Below are positions 29,213 to 39,795 of a DNA stretch of 64,000 nucleotides, piece after piece. Made by a program: the position numbers and the translations under genes. Where the stretch lies: the NCBI GenBank assembly GCA_023249975.1, contig JAHFBP010000001.1, positions 69,870-133,869 on the forward strand, in the 5' to 3' direction. Position 1 is the first letter of the stretch. Each line of letters opens with the position of its first letter. This DNA is from a bacterium (GTDB lineage: Bacteria > Babelota > Babeliae > Babelales > GCA-2401785). The notes beneath the pieces are model-generated. The model saw only the letters and a program-made list of their open reading frames with translations. It was not told where the DNA came from and did no database searches.

Positions 29213-29968
29213 TTATTCCTTATTCGCAACGCACAACATAATGCGCAGCTCTCGGAATCGCTTTTTATGCTTCTTTTTAAGCATTTGCAATAACAATGCG
29301 GCAAGACTTGCATACAATGATCGCTCATTATCTGAATCTTCAAGCAATTTTTTTGAAAATATTACATTCAATATCACACCAGCAGGTTCAGCTTGCAAAC
29401 TCACACCAGGACTCAAGATCCCAATAATTTCGCTCAGCCAAGCTTGTGCATCTGCAATATATTCATCAGTCCACACATTTTCTGCTGGAGCTAAAACCTT
29501 AGGTTGGGCAACTTTAGGTTGAACTACTTTTGATTGAGCAACAACTTCAGATTTTTCTGTTTTTTCAATTTTTGGTGCAGATTCTTTTTTAACAACCGCA
29601 TCTTTATGAACAAGAGGTCGAAGCACTGCTTCTTTGCGAAGTTGAGGTTTTTTCTCTTTAGGAATTTCCTTTGGAGCTTCTTTGGAAACTATAGCTTTGT
29701 TTGAAACTTGAACTGATTGTTGGGGCTTGCGAGACTGAGATTGAGTCTGTTGAGGCTTGCCACCGCGCTGTGATTGGTTCAGCCCGGGCTTTTCATTACC
29801 CCCTGTGTACGTCAATGAAATAACAGCATATTTTTTGGTAAAACCCAAAAAACCTCGCTCGCCTGGCTCCAGGACACACACAGAAAAATCTTGTGGCATA
29901 CCGGCGGTTAACCAAGCTTGAGCTATTGCTTTTTCAACTGATGATGCCTCTTGTAGCACCGATTTCAT
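29213..29968 (-). CDS. jag: Jag/SpoIIIJ-associated RNA-binding protein (Jag_N domain + K-rich linker + KH-like region)
   Basis: N-terminus MKSVLQEASSVEKAIAQAWL resembles Jag_N. Position immediately upstream of mnmE fits the conserved yidC-jag-mnmE arrangement. Confidence 0.6.
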   Translation of the reverse strand: MKSVLQEASSVEKAIAQAWLTAGMPQDFSVCVLEPGERGFLGFTKKYAVISLTYTGGNEKPGLNQSQRGGKPQQTQSQSRKPQQSVQVSNKAIVSKEAPKEIPKEKKPQLRKEAVLRPLVHKDAVVKKESAPKIEKTEKSEVVAQSKVVQPKVAQPKVLAPAENVWTDEYIADAQAWLSEIIGILSPGVSLQAEPAGVILNVIFSKKLLEDSDNERSLYASLAALLLQMLKKKHKKRFRELRIMLCVANKE

Positions 29969-30243
29969 CGTCTTGTACCTTTCTGCAACGACAATTTGAG
30001 CATGGAATTATCATGCGCACAAACAATAGTGCTATGAATTAAAAGCTCTGATATGTATCTGGGAATTTGGAGAAAAACAAAGAGAAACAAATTATTGATC
30101 ATTTTATCAACTAAAATGCTATTAACTGAATTATGCCAAGTTTTTATACTTGTGCGGCAAGTCGATACTAATTTTCGCAACTTACCAGCTTTCTATTCTT
30201 TCAACTGGCGCACCAGTCATAAATTTTGTCCATTTTTCAAAAA

Positions 30244-30318
30244 ATCAAAAAATGGAGCGGGAAACGGGATTCGAACCCGCGGCCCCTGCCATGGCAAGGC
30301 AGTGCTCTACCACTGAGC
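30244..30318 (-). tRNA. tRNA-Gly (anticodon GCC), CCA encoded
   Basis: Reverse complement reads GCGGGAATAGCTCAGTGGTAGAGCACTGCCTTGCCATGGCAGGGGCCGCGGGTTCGAATCCCGTTTCCCGCTCCA. Cloverleaf fits, with anticodon loop TTGCCAT. Confidence 0.92.
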
Positions 30319-30730
30319 TATTCCCGCACATAATTTCAAGTATCCCTCCAAAAACCTGCTTTTAAAGCTTACCTTAAACAACGCCCGTGTCAATTTTAAG
30401 TCAGTAGAATTATGCATAAATGCAATCTTTTTTTAAAAAACTATACTTGTATCAAAATTAGCAACTGTTTAAAATAGGCATACACCTCTCGAAAAACTCG
30501 ATTCACTATGGTTTTCTTGAATAAAGTGGTTAAAAAGTTTATGCAGATCGCAATAATTGCAACAACTCTATTTTCTTTGTCTGCCAAGGCTTTTTTTGTG
30601 GGATATTCTGTTTTGAAGTGCGCAAACGCGTCCGAACGCATCACTTTTAATGGATTTCTCTTCATTCCTTGCGCATACGCGGAAACTCTGTCACCTTGGT
30701 TGTAAGTAGATAAATACAGATTTTTTCATC

Positions 30731-31261
30731 ATGAAAGGATGCTTTATGTACATCACCAATCTCTCAATGCTCTTGTCGCAGGTCTACAACTGTGAGGTTG
30801 GCGCATTTCAAGCTTCATGGCTTCTGCCAATTTCGTGGATTTTAATAAGCCTGGGATTAACGGCTTTCGAGCTATTTACGCCAGGGACCTTCTTTTTTCT
30901 CGCATTTGGGGTTGGATGCGCATGTGCAGCCATTGCCGCATTTTCAGGATACTCAATTGTTATGCAATGCCTTGTTTCAGCACTTGCATCGATTATATTT
31001 TTTATAATTTTAAAAAAACTGATCAAAGTTAATCATTTGTCTCAACTCCAAACGGGGGTGGCGCATACGAATATAAGCGCCCTTATTGGCGCTCATGCGA
31101 TCGTCACCAAAAACATTGGCTCACGCGAACCCGGCCAAATTAAAGTAGGTCGTGAATTGTGGCCAGCACGAGAAAAAGATGGAATCGCCGTTGAAGCTGA
31201 TTCATCAGTTCTCGTTATCGGAATCTCAGGAAACACACTCATAGTTAAGGAGTTATCATGA
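30731..31261 (+). CDS. NfeD-family membrane protein (partner of the SPFH/stomatin protein)
   Basis: N-terminal TM helices plus C-terminal OB-fold-like region (GQIKVGRELWPAREKDGIAVEADSSVLVIGISGNTLIVKE). Directly upstream of a band-7 gene. Confidence 0.7.
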   Translation: MKGCFMYITNLSMLLSQVYNCEVGAFQASWLLPISWILISLGLTAFELFTPGTFFFLAFGVGCACAAIAAFSGYSIVMQCLVSALASIIFFIILKKLIKVNHLSQLQTGVAHTNISALIGAHAIVTKNIGSREPGQIKVGRELWPAREKDGIAVEADSSVLVIGISGNTLIVKELS

Positions 31262-31490
31262 TACAATATTGCAACGATCCACTGTATTTCATTTTTCTGA
31301 TAGCGTGTGGTGTACTTTTAGCACAACTCATGAAGTCAGCCTTATTTGTTATATTTGCTCTATTAGCTCGTCTTTTTTACCAAAATTCAAAGTGATTTAG
31401 CTAAAGAAAAGGCCGTTCTCTTTCATATCTAAAAACTATAAAGATGAGCGGCCTTGTCTATAAAAGTCTTAACCTAAGGAAGTACCTAAA

Positions 31491-32510
31491 ATGGAAATCT
31501 TCATGGACAGCACATTTGCTTTTATTTTTTTGACAATCTTTGCCGTGGCGGTCGTTGTATTTTTAATGGCGATTTTTCAAGCAACCTATGTCGTAAAACA
31601 AGCTGAAATTATTATTATCGAACGCTTTGGAAAATTTCACTCAATTCTGCATCCAGGAATTCACGTAGTTATTCCTTTTATGGACCAAGCACGTAAAGTT
31701 GTCTGGAGTTTTGCAAAAGAAGACCCTAACACCAAGCGCTATTATCAATATATTGAAATTATTGATCGCATCGACTTGCGTGAATCAGTTTTTGATTTTC
31801 CAAAACAAAACGTGATCACCAAAGATAACGTGACCATGGAAATCAATGCGATTTTGTATTATCAAATCACTGATCCTGTCAGAGCTGTGTATGAAATTAA
31901 CAATGTATCATTGGCGATTGAAAAACTTGCCCAAACAGCATTGCGTGACATTGTAGGATCCATGGATCTTGATGAAACACTTTCATCACGTGACTTCATT
32001 AATGAAAAATTGCGCATCCGACTTGACGAAGCCACTGACAAATGGGGCGTGAAAGTTAACCGCGTTGAACTGCAAGATGTTAATCCACCACTTGAAATTC
32101 GTATGGCGATGGAAAAACAAATGCGTGCAGAGCGTGATCGACGTGCACATATTTTGGTAGCTGAAGGAAACAAAAGCTCAGAAATTTTGGAAGCGGAAGG
32201 CGAAAAACAATCACGTATTGAACGTGCTCGTGGAGAAGCTGAAGCAAAAATCACTCTTGCCAATGCAGAAGCTGAATCACGCATCACCATTGCTCGTGCC
32301 GAAGCTGAAGTTATTGAATTGATAAAAAATGCATTGCCTTCAAAGGATCCGGCGTCATTCATTATCGCAAGCAAGTACATTCAAGCCTTACCAGAAATCA
32401 CTAAGGACAAAGAAGGCAAAATGATCCTTGTGCCTTATGAAGCAAGCGCTATGATGGGTGCATTCTCAGGAATTAAAGAAATTCTGAGCAATGGCAACTC
32501 AAAGTCTTAA
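31491..32510 (+). CDS. SPFH/band-7 (stomatin/prohibitin-like) protein
   Basis: 339 aa. N-terminal TM anchor, then the SPFH core (YVVKQAEIIIIERFGKF...). C-terminal Ala/Glu-rich coiled coil. Confidence 0.85.
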   Translation: MEIFMDSTFAFIFLTIFAVAVVVFLMAIFQATYVVKQAEIIIIERFGKFHSILHPGIHVVIPFMDQARKVVWSFAKEDPNTKRYYQYIEIIDRIDLRESVFDFPKQNVITKDNVTMEINAILYYQITDPVRAVYEINNVSLAIEKLAQTALRDIVGSMDLDETLSSRDFINEKLRIRLDEATDKWGVKVNRVELQDVNPPLEIRMAMEKQMRAERDRRAHILVAEGNKSSEILEAEGEKQSRIERARGEAEAKITLANAEAESRITIARAEAEVIELIKNALPSKDPASFIIASKYIQALPEITKDKEGKMILVPYEASAMMGAFSGIKEILSNGNSKS

Positions 32511-34089
32511 TAGAACTCATCTGAAGGAAGTCGTAAAAAAACTTCCTTCAACTCCTGGTGTCTATCTTTTCAAAGATGCATCAGGGGTTATTATTTATAT
32601 TGGCAAAGCAAAGAATCTCAAGTCACGTTGCTCAAGTTATGTCAAAGAGACCAATATAACCATTAAAACTGCCAATCTCATGCGTGAAGCCGCCGAACTT
32701 TCGCACATTCAAACGGGTGATGAACTTGAGGCCATGCTGCTCGAAGCAACACTCATACAAGAGCACAAACCGCGCTATAATGTTCTTTTACGTGACGGTC
32801 AGCCATTCCTCTACTTCCTTATCACGCGTGGCAAATTTCCCAAATTAGAGCTCGTACGGAACACAAAGCGGGGCGGCACCTACTTTGGCCCCTTCATCGA
32901 CAAAACCAACATGCGTTCTATTCACACAAAATTACTCAAAACATTTCGGCTCAAGATTTGTGGCAAGAAAATGGTGAACGGATGTTTGTACTACCACATG
33001 GGCGCCTGTTCTGGCTCATGTCGCGAAGATTTTGATCTGCCCGGATATTTACAACGGCTCGAGATGGTTAAAACTTTTTTTAAAAAAGGAAAAGGCGCTT
33101 TAATCACCGATCTTAAACACCGTATTGAAGAACACAGTCAAAAATTAGAGTTTGAAAAAGCTCTGGGACTGAAAACTTTACTCGACGCCATTCATGAACT
33201 TTCTGGTCAACTTGTTTCCAGCAAATCAGCACAATCGGTCATTGCATCGCATCAACACATGGAGATTTGGTACTTTGACCAGCAACATGAACGCCTATTT
33301 TTATTCACTGAACTGCAAGCAACCCTCAAACAACGCCAGATGTTTTTAATCCCCGAAGAAACTTGTTCAGAAGATTTTTTTACGGAATTTTATCGCAACA
33401 ATGCACCGGCCCCCGTGATTATCACCAACATTGAATTTGAAAACCTCAAACTCACCAATGATTTTTTGAACCACTGGTGGCCCAAACGAGAATTGCCCAC
33501 CAATGTCATGAATCCAACTAGCGGGCACTATTTTCAATTACTTAAGCTTGCAGAAGTTTCGGCAGAAAAGTATCACGAAAAATATGGTAAAAGCGCACAA
33601 TACCTACAAATCTTACTCAAATTGCCCAAACCTCCGCACACAATTGACTGCTTTGACGTTTCACACAAACAAGGCCACAACATCGTCGCCTCATGCATTC
33701 GTTTCGTTGATGGATTACCCGACAAAAATATGTTCAGGAAATTCAAGATCAACAGCCTTGATGAACAAAATGACTATGCCGCACTGCAAGAAGCAGTACA
33801 ACGTCGGTATGAAAAAAATCATGATTATCCTGATTTGATTTTTGTCGATGGTGGCAAAGGGCAATTGAGCGCTGTCAGAAAAATAGTCCCCAGCCACATT
33901 GAATGCGCAAGTATTGCCAAGCGCGAAGAACAAATTTTTTCATCGCGCATCAATGGCAAGCGTCTCGATCCAGACAAAGTTGCCGCCCAAACATTGCTGG
34001 CTCTGCGCGATTATGCGCATCATTTTGCTATTACTTATCATCGTGAGCTTGATCTGAAAGAAAAAACTAACCCCGAGAAAACTTCTTAA
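32491..34089 (+). CDS. uvrC: Excinuclease ABC subunit C homolog (GIY-YIG + UvrBC + RNase H-like endonuclease domains; apparently lacks C-terminal HhH)
   Basis: N-terminal GIY-YIG motif GVYLFKDASGVIIYIGKAKNLKSR. 532 aa. Ends just after the endonuclease domain. Overlaps the upstream gene by 20 nt. Confidence 0.8.
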   Translation: MATQSLNRTHLKEVVKKLPSTPGVYLFKDASGVIIYIGKAKNLKSRCSSYVKETNITIKTANLMREAAELSHIQTGDELEAMLLEATLIQEHKPRYNVLLRDGQPFLYFLITRGKFPKLELVRNTKRGGTYFGPFIDKTNMRSIHTKLLKTFRLKICGKKMVNGCLYYHMGACSGSCREDFDLPGYLQRLEMVKTFFKKGKGALITDLKHRIEEHSQKLEFEKALGLKTLLDAIHELSGQLVSSKSAQSVIASHQHMEIWYFDQQHERLFLFTELQATLKQRQMFLIPEETCSEDFFTEFYRNNAPAPVIITNIEFENLKLTNDFLNHWWPKRELPTNVMNPTSGHYFQLLKLAEVSAEKYHEKYGKSAQYLQILLKLPKPPHTIDCFDVSHKQGHNIVASCIRFVDGLPDKNMFRKFKINSLDEQNDYAALQEAVQRRYEKNHDYPDLIFVDGGKGQLSAVRKIVPSHIECASIAKREEQIFSSRINGKRLDPDKVAAQTLLALRDYAHHFAITYHRELDLKEKTNPEKTS

Positions 34090-35329
34090 GTTCCGTGTAT
34101 CCAAAAACTTCAGTCAAAAATTCAGCAGAAGCTAACGCTGTTGCGTAGGACGATACCACAACAACATTTTTTTTCTTGCCCGCCATAGTTTTGACGTCGG
34201 AGGGTTGATCATCGGGCAGCTGATCAATTGCAGAAACTCTCGCAATTATTGATAAAATCAATGCCCCATAACCTTGGCCCAAAGCACAACACTCATTCAC
34301 AAACTCCATAAGAACTTGAAGTATTTGATGCATATTCCCTCGCGTAAATTGATCTGGGTGTTCACCCCACTTGTCCCTTGATCGCAATGCTTGAAACAAT
34401 AGTCGAAAGGCATTGTTACTTGAAATTCCCTCATCAAAAGTATCCACCCCTCCACGATCACCACGGATCGCACAAATTTTTTTTATGCCACAAATTTCTG
34501 AAAACAACGCCCCTTGAAGCAATTCAAGAGTTTTTATTGAGTTGGTAAAATCTTTTCGATCACTTAATAGAAGTTTCATTAACTTCCCCCACTGTGCAAT
34601 CTCTTTTTTAGGTTGAGTTAATCGAATCAAATCATCCAATATATTGATTTGATACTGAATCTGATTTTTCATAATCCCAATTAAATCAACAACCGGACTA
34701 TGCGCAAAAGAGAAAAAATCATCCTGCAGGCAATAATCAACAAAATCCAAGTTGCCCGTAAAATGTTCCTTTAAAAAACACGCCTGCAAGTAATCCTTGG
34801 TTAATGAAAAAAACTGCCCCAAATCATCAATTTCACCGTGAATATCAATCTTTTGTGATTCATGAAACAGCAGAGCCAAGTTTTCAAAATTACAATCAAC
34901 TTCATTATTAATATTAAAATGTGATGAAAAGCTGAATGATTTTTGAGGAGCAGTACCCCTTATTTTTGTTTTCATGGGCTCTAATCGTAGATTAAAAAGA
35001 CGCTCAAGTTTTTTCTGTATGCACTGATGCTCATACAAAAATTTATCCTTTTCGTAATAAGCGGCATGAATTTTTGATGTAACATATGATGAACTTCCCT
35101 GGAATAAAAATTCAACAGGCCCTGCTAATGCCTTACTTTCAAAAATTGGCATCAATACATTAAATGCCAATTTGGGTGAACCTTCCTGAAAATTAACCGC
35201 ATAAAATGTGACATATCTACCTGAGGGACTTTGCAGTTCACATGTATCAATCAGATTGGCTGAAATAGTTGTTGAAAAAAGCAAAGAAAAATACAAAATG
35301 TTGCGCAGAAACTGTGAGCAGAATGACAT
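34067..35329 (-). CDS. Hypothetical secreted protein (420 aa)
   Basis: Signal-peptide-like N-terminus (LYFSLLFSTTISANL). No recognisable catalytic motif. Confidence 0.5.
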   Translation of the reverse strand: MSFCSQFLRNILYFSLLFSTTISANLIDTCELQSPSGRYVTFYAVNFQEGSPKLAFNVLMPIFESKALAGPVEFLFQGSSSYVTSKIHAAYYEKDKFLYEHQCIQKKLERLFNLRLEPMKTKIRGTAPQKSFSFSSHFNINNEVDCNFENLALLFHESQKIDIHGEIDDLGQFFSLTKDYLQACFLKEHFTGNLDFVDYCLQDDFFSFAHSPVVDLIGIMKNQIQYQINILDDLIRLTQPKKEIAQWGKLMKLLLSDRKDFTNSIKTLELLQGALFSEICGIKKICAIRGDRGGVDTFDEGISSNNAFRLLFQALRSRDKWGEHPDQFTRGNMHQILQVLMEFVNECCALGQGYGALILSIIARVSAIDQLPDDQPSDVKTMAGKKKNVVVVSSYATALASAEFLTEVFGYTELKKFSRG

Positions 35330-35356
35330 GTGACACCGTGATGTTAAAGGGTTAAG

Positions 35357-35965
35357 CTATAACGATTTGCCCCCACGCGAAAGAAAACTAAGGCCTTGCC
35401 TCAAGAGCTTGTCAAACTCGAGCTGGTCAGTGTTTTCAGAACTTGCAATGAAGGAAAGCGCTTGAACGATTTCCGGCTTAGTGTAACCCAATGAACCGAG
35501 AGCGTCACCCACTTGTCGCACAATTTTTGACCGATCATTCAAGATAGATGACTCAGTCGACTGTCCCATGAGTTCTAAAACTTTATCCTGTAGATCATTG
35601 ATAATTTGAGCTGCTTTTTTAGCGCCAAGACCCTTGAAGGAACTCAATTCGCTCACGTCACCACGATGAATAATTTGCAAACATAATTCAACATCTGCCT
35701 GAGACAAAAGCTGCATTGCAAGTGCAGGACCAATTTTTGGACAAGAAATTACGAGTAAAAAAAAGGTACGCTCAAGTTCGCTGGAAAATCCAAATAAGAC
35801 TGGACCCCTATCCTGGCTCCATGCACAATACGTAGGCAAAACCTGAGTCTTGCCTACTGCAAATTGTTCTGGCCTTGCAACCGTAACTGCAAAACCTACG
35901 CCATGAACATCAACAACAATATATTTTTCTTTAATGATCGCCACACGACCTTCAAGTCTTTCAAT
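35357..35965 (-). CDS. ruvA: Holliday junction branch-migration complex subunit RuvA
   Basis: MIERLEGRVAIIKEKYIVVDVHGVGFAVTV matches the RuvA N-terminus. HhH region LLSQADVELC...FKGLGAKKAAQII. Confidence 0.85.
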   Translation of the reverse strand: MERLEGRVAIIKEKYIVVDVHGVGFAVTVARPEQFAVGKTQVLPTYCAWSQDRGPVLFGFSSELERTFFLLVISCPKIGPALAMQLLSQADVELCLQIIHRGDVSELSSFKGLGAKKAAQIINDLQDKVLELMGQSTESSILNDRSKIVRQVGDALGSLGYTKPEIVQALSFIASSENTDQLEFDKLLRQGLSFLSRGGKSL

Positions 35966-35967
35966 CA

Positions 35968-36447
35968 TTATATTTGTATCTCTCGAAATGAAGGTTTGTG
36001 AGCATAAGGGGCTTTTGTTTTGCCGATATCCATGCACTCTTGTGCATATGCTATGAGCCTTGAAAGATTACTCGCAGCCTTGCTTTCTAGCTTTTTGGTC
36101 ATCAATCGTCCATACAAATACGAAAGAGGTCCCGTCACTTCTATGCGGTGCACAACAATGGTACCATCAGGTGTTTTGATAATATCAAAAACATATGAAA
36201 TCCAAGCAAGTGGCAGTCGAGAACGCGTCACCACAAATCGACCTGGTTGTACTTCAGAAATAATAAAATGAGTACGCCTTCCATTGCGACCCTTTATTGT
36301 TCCCCAAGTCCCTTCTTTTACAGGGCCATGAATGGTACTAAATTCAACACCCTCAATCCATTCATACCAACAAGATGTATCTACTAAAATAGACCAAATA
36401 AGCGTTGGACTTGCTTTTGTTTCCGCACTGCGCTGCACCGACCACAC
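35968..36447 (-). CDS. SRPBCC (START/Bet v1-like, polyketide-cyclase-like) family protein
   Basis: 159 aa. Pattern W..L.D...W..W...V is consistent with the SRPBCC fold. Low certainty without an HMM search. Confidence 0.45.
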   Translation of the reverse strand: MWSVQRSAETKASPTLIWSILVDTSCWYEWIEGVEFSTIHGPVKEGTWGTIKGRNGRRTHFIISEVQPGRFVVTRSRLPLAWISYVFDIIKTPDGTIVVHRIEVTGPLSYLYGRLMTKKLESKAASNLSRLIAYAQECMDIGKTKAPYAHKPSFREIQI

Positions 36448-36507
36448 AACCGATTCTCCTCGCCTCTATGAGTCAATTCGAGAAATAAATTCGAAAGCCA
36501 AATCTAA

Positions 36508-37962
36508 CTACAGGTATTTCTTAAGCAATTGCTGAATAACTGTCGGATTTGCCTTACCCCCCGTTTGCTTCATAACTTGCCCCACAAAAAATCCAAGCAT
36601 ACGCTCATTTCCTGCGCGGTAGTTATTTGCAACATCGGGGTTTGTATCCACCAGCTTTTTCACTAATGCGTCCAATTCATCTGATGCGCCAACTTGCCGC
36701 AAATCCTTTTCTTGTATAATAATAGAAGGATATTTGCCAGTTTCTGCCATCTCATTAAAGACATCTTGTGCCGTCTTGGAATTGATAACATCCTTAACGA
36801 TTTCTTCAATAAGTTCGGCAAGCATGTCAGGTTTGACCTTGCACTCTGAAAGTGACAATTTATGCTCTTTCAGATATCCAAGCAAATTTCTGAGCATCCA
36901 GTTACTAACTTGTTTTGGTTCATTGCAACGTTTGACAGCATTTTCAAAGAAATTACCAAGCTCAATAGTTTCAGCCAAAATTTCTGCATCATACGCCAAA
37001 ATGCCATACTCTTTTACAAATCGTGCAATTTTTTGATGAGGTAATTCAGGAATAGTTTTTGCAATGCGCGAGACCCAGTCTTCATCAATGATCAAAAGAG
37101 GTAAGTCTGGATCGGTAAAATATCGATAATCTACTGCATCTTCTTTGGAGCGCATAAAAACAGTTTTTTGATCTTTAGTATTCCACAAGCGCGTTTCTTG
37201 TGTAATTTTGCCGCCATCATCAAGAATGCCAATGTGTCGCTCAATTTCATACTCAATGGCTTGGCCAATAAACTTGAATGAGTTGATATTTTTCATCTCA
37301 ACACGAGTTCCAAGTTTTTCAGAATCTCTCTTCTTTACAGAAATATTCACGTCTGCGCGGAATGAACCTTCTTCCATGTTGGCATCACTGATCCCCACAT
37401 ACTGAACAATGGCATGCAACTGCATGAGATAATCACGCGCTTCGTCAGCACTTGAAATATCAGGATGTGTCACAATTTCAACAAGCGGAGTTCCTGCACG
37501 ATTGAGATCAACAAAGCTCTCGGTATCAGTTGCGTGAATATTTTTGCCTGCATCTTCTTCCATGTGAATGCGCTGAATCCTAATTTTTTTAGATACACCA
37601 CCCACGTTAATTTCTATAAAACCATTTTCACAAATGGGCTTATCCGCTTGAGTTATTTGATAATTTTTTGGCAAATCAGGATAGGTATAATGTTTGCGTG
37701 AAAATTCGGAAATTTTGGCGATTGAACAATTTGTCGCAAGTCCTGCCTTGATAGCATACTCAACAGCCTTTTTGTTCAAAACAGGTAATACGCCGGGACT
37801 TGCCGTACAAACAGGGCAAATGTTAGTATTCGGCTGCTCTCCAAACTTGTTTGGACATGAACAAAATATTTTAGATTCAGTTTTGAGTTGAACGTGAACC
37901 TCAATGCCAATCGTCGCTTCATATTCCGGATATCGTGATAATGCAGATGCTTTTCGTGTCAT
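36508..37962 (-). CDS. gatB: Asp-tRNA(Asn)/Glu-tRNA(Gln) amidotransferase subunit B
   Basis: 484 aa. N-terminal YEATIGIEVHVQL...SKIFCSC...CPVC signature. C-terminal GatB/YqeY domain. Confidence 0.93.
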   Translation of the reverse strand: MTRKASALSRYPEYEATIGIEVHVQLKTESKIFCSCPNKFGEQPNTNICPVCTASPGVLPVLNKKAVEYAIKAGLATNCSIAKISEFSRKHYTYPDLPKNYQITQADKPICENGFIEINVGGVSKKIRIQRIHMEEDAGKNIHATDTESFVDLNRAGTPLVEIVTHPDISSADEARDYLMQLHAIVQYVGISDANMEEGSFRADVNISVKKRDSEKLGTRVEMKNINSFKFIGQAIEYEIERHIGILDDGGKITQETRLWNTKDQKTVFMRSKEDAVDYRYFTDPDLPLLIIDEDWVSRIAKTIPELPHQKIARFVKEYGILAYDAEILAETIELGNFFENAVKRCNEPKQVSNWMLRNLLGYLKEHKLSLSECKVKPDMLAELIEEIVKDVINSKTAQDVFNEMAETGKYPSIIIQEKDLRQVGASDELDALVKKLVDTNPDVANNYRAGNERMLGFFVGQVMKQTGGKANPTVIQQLLKKYL

Positions 37963-38030
37963 AATTTATACCTTAGTATTTGCAAATCGGCCCTTGATCT
38001 CATCCTATACCAAAAACAAAAAGAGGAAAA

Positions 38031-39566
38031 TTATACCTCGTTCAGCTTAAGTTGATATTCGTCATCACAACAAGATTGAGAGCTTTCTAATAAAATTTTA
38101 TGCCCAAGATGTTTTTCAAGTTCAATAAGTGCTGAAAATTCTGTTTTAACCAGATAATCAAATACACGCTGAGAAACAACTAATCCAAAGTTGCCTTCTT
38201 TGAGCACGAGATCTTTTTTGCTAATCTCAGCAACAAATTTACGCAAAATATCATAGGCATGCGTACTTGCTGATTTGACTACTCCCAAAGTTCTGCACGC
38301 ATTACAATTTTCAGTAAGCTGCGCTATGAGGGTTTTTCCTGATCGCTTGCGCGTCATTTGAACCAATCCAAACTCAGAAATTTTGAGTGCAACAGATTGA
38401 AGCTTATCTTTTTCTTTAAGTGTTTTTTGCAAAACACGAGAAAGCTTTTGGCGATTTCCTGCTTTGTACATATCGATAAAGTCGATGACAATCAATCCAC
38501 CAATATTACGCAATCTCAATTGACGAACCACTTCTTCGGCCGCCTCAATATTTGTTTTGAGGATGGTAACTTCTTGGTCGTCTTTACCAATGAACTTTCC
38601 GGTATTCACGTCGATAACCGTCATTGCTTCAGCAGCTTCGATAATCAAAGATCCGCCAGACTTCAATTCAACTTTTTTATTCAGAAGAGGGTCAATTTGT
38701 TGTTCAACATTACAGTGGTCAAACAAAGGACGCTTGTCGGTATAAAGCCTAAGTAATGAAATTTTATCAGGCATAAAATATTTAATAAATTTTTGGGCCG
38801 TTGCAATATCTTCTTCTGAGTCACAAATAATAGCTTCGACGTCATCATCAAGATGTTCGCGGATAGTTCTGAGAGCAAGGGACAAGTCTTCGTGAACCTT
38901 TTCGCCATAAACAGCTTTGGCATAGCGTTTTTGAATGGACTGCCAAACAGAAATCAGCATGGCAAGGTCTTTGCCTATGTCTTCTTCTGAGCGCCCTTCT
39001 GTTGTTGTTCGAATAATCGCACCCATTCCCTCAGGAAGGCGTGACGAGACAAAAGTCTTCAGCCGTTCGCGTTCAGCTTGTTTTTCAATTTTACGCGAAA
39101 CTCCTATTTGAGGAATATTTGGCATAAGAACGATGAATTTACCTGGCAAGGCAAAGCACGTGGTCAACTTGGCGCCCTTTTCGTACACAGGTTCTTTGAT
39201 GACCTGAACAAGAATATCTTCGCCTTCTTTAAAGATTTTGCTGACATCCATCACATTTGCACGCCGAGAAGATTTACTCGGAGCCTTGGTTTCACCTTCA
39301 TGATCAACTTCATACGCGGAAAATTTTTCCAGCGCAAGAGAATGATCTACTTCTGATATATGTAAAAACCCTGCTTTTTTCTGCCCAATATCAACAAAGG
39401 CAGTTTGTATCCCAGGTAGAACCTTAGAAACTCGTGCTTTAAAAAAGCAGCGCTCTAGTTCTTCTTTCGTACGGCTCTCAAAATATAAATCTTGAAGGCG
39501 GCCGTCATCATCGAGAACTGCAACGCGTGTTTGCCAAGGCTCTCTATTAACTAAAATTTTCTTCAA
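38031..39566 (-). CDS. rng: Ribonuclease G/E family endoribonuclease
   Basis: 511 aa. S1 domain (FKARVSKVLPGIQTAFVDIG), then the RNase E/G catalytic core. Confidence 0.88.
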   Translation of the reverse strand: MKKILVNREPWQTRVAVLDDDGRLQDLYFESRTKEELERCFFKARVSKVLPGIQTAFVDIGQKKAGFLHISEVDHSLALEKFSAYEVDHEGETKAPSKSSRRANVMDVSKIFKEGEDILVQVIKEPVYEKGAKLTTCFALPGKFIVLMPNIPQIGVSRKIEKQAERERLKTFVSSRLPEGMGAIIRTTTEGRSEEDIGKDLAMLISVWQSIQKRYAKAVYGEKVHEDLSLALRTIREHLDDDVEAIICDSEEDIATAQKFIKYFMPDKISLLRLYTDKRPLFDHCNVEQQIDPLLNKKVELKSGGSLIIEAAEAMTVIDVNTGKFIGKDDQEVTILKTNIEAAEEVVRQLRLRNIGGLIVIDFIDMYKAGNRQKLSRVLQKTLKEKDKLQSVALKISEFGLVQMTRKRSGKTLIAQLTENCNACRTLGVVKSASTHAYDILRKFVAEISKKDLVLKEGNFGLVVSQRVFDYLVKTEFSALIELEKHLGHKILLESSQSCCDDEYQLKLNEV

Positions 39567-39795
39567 ACTATAATCCCGTTAAAACTTTATCAAATACATT
39601 GATGACTCTATTCTAATTAACTATTTTATTTCAATAAGTCCTGTACACAAGAAAATGTCTCTCATGCTCTCTACTATGTTATCTAATCTTTATATTTCTT
39701 AGTAGGAAATTGAAGAAAATTATGATACTGTGAGTGCCCGTAGTATTCTACTAGCGAAAATAAATTTTCGCATGCGCTATCGAGAGGAGCAGCAT

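Noticed and set aside
30053-30365. Two plus-strand ORFs (87 and 71 aa) overlapping 30244-30318
   Set aside because: The region encodes a clean tRNA-Gly(GCC) on the minus strand. The ORFs have no ribosome-binding site and hydrophobic junk-like sequence.
31862-32380. 172-aa minus-strand ORF antisense to the SPFH gene
   Set aside because: It is generated by the Ala/Glu/Arg-rich coiled-coil coding region of the band-7 gene. No start context.
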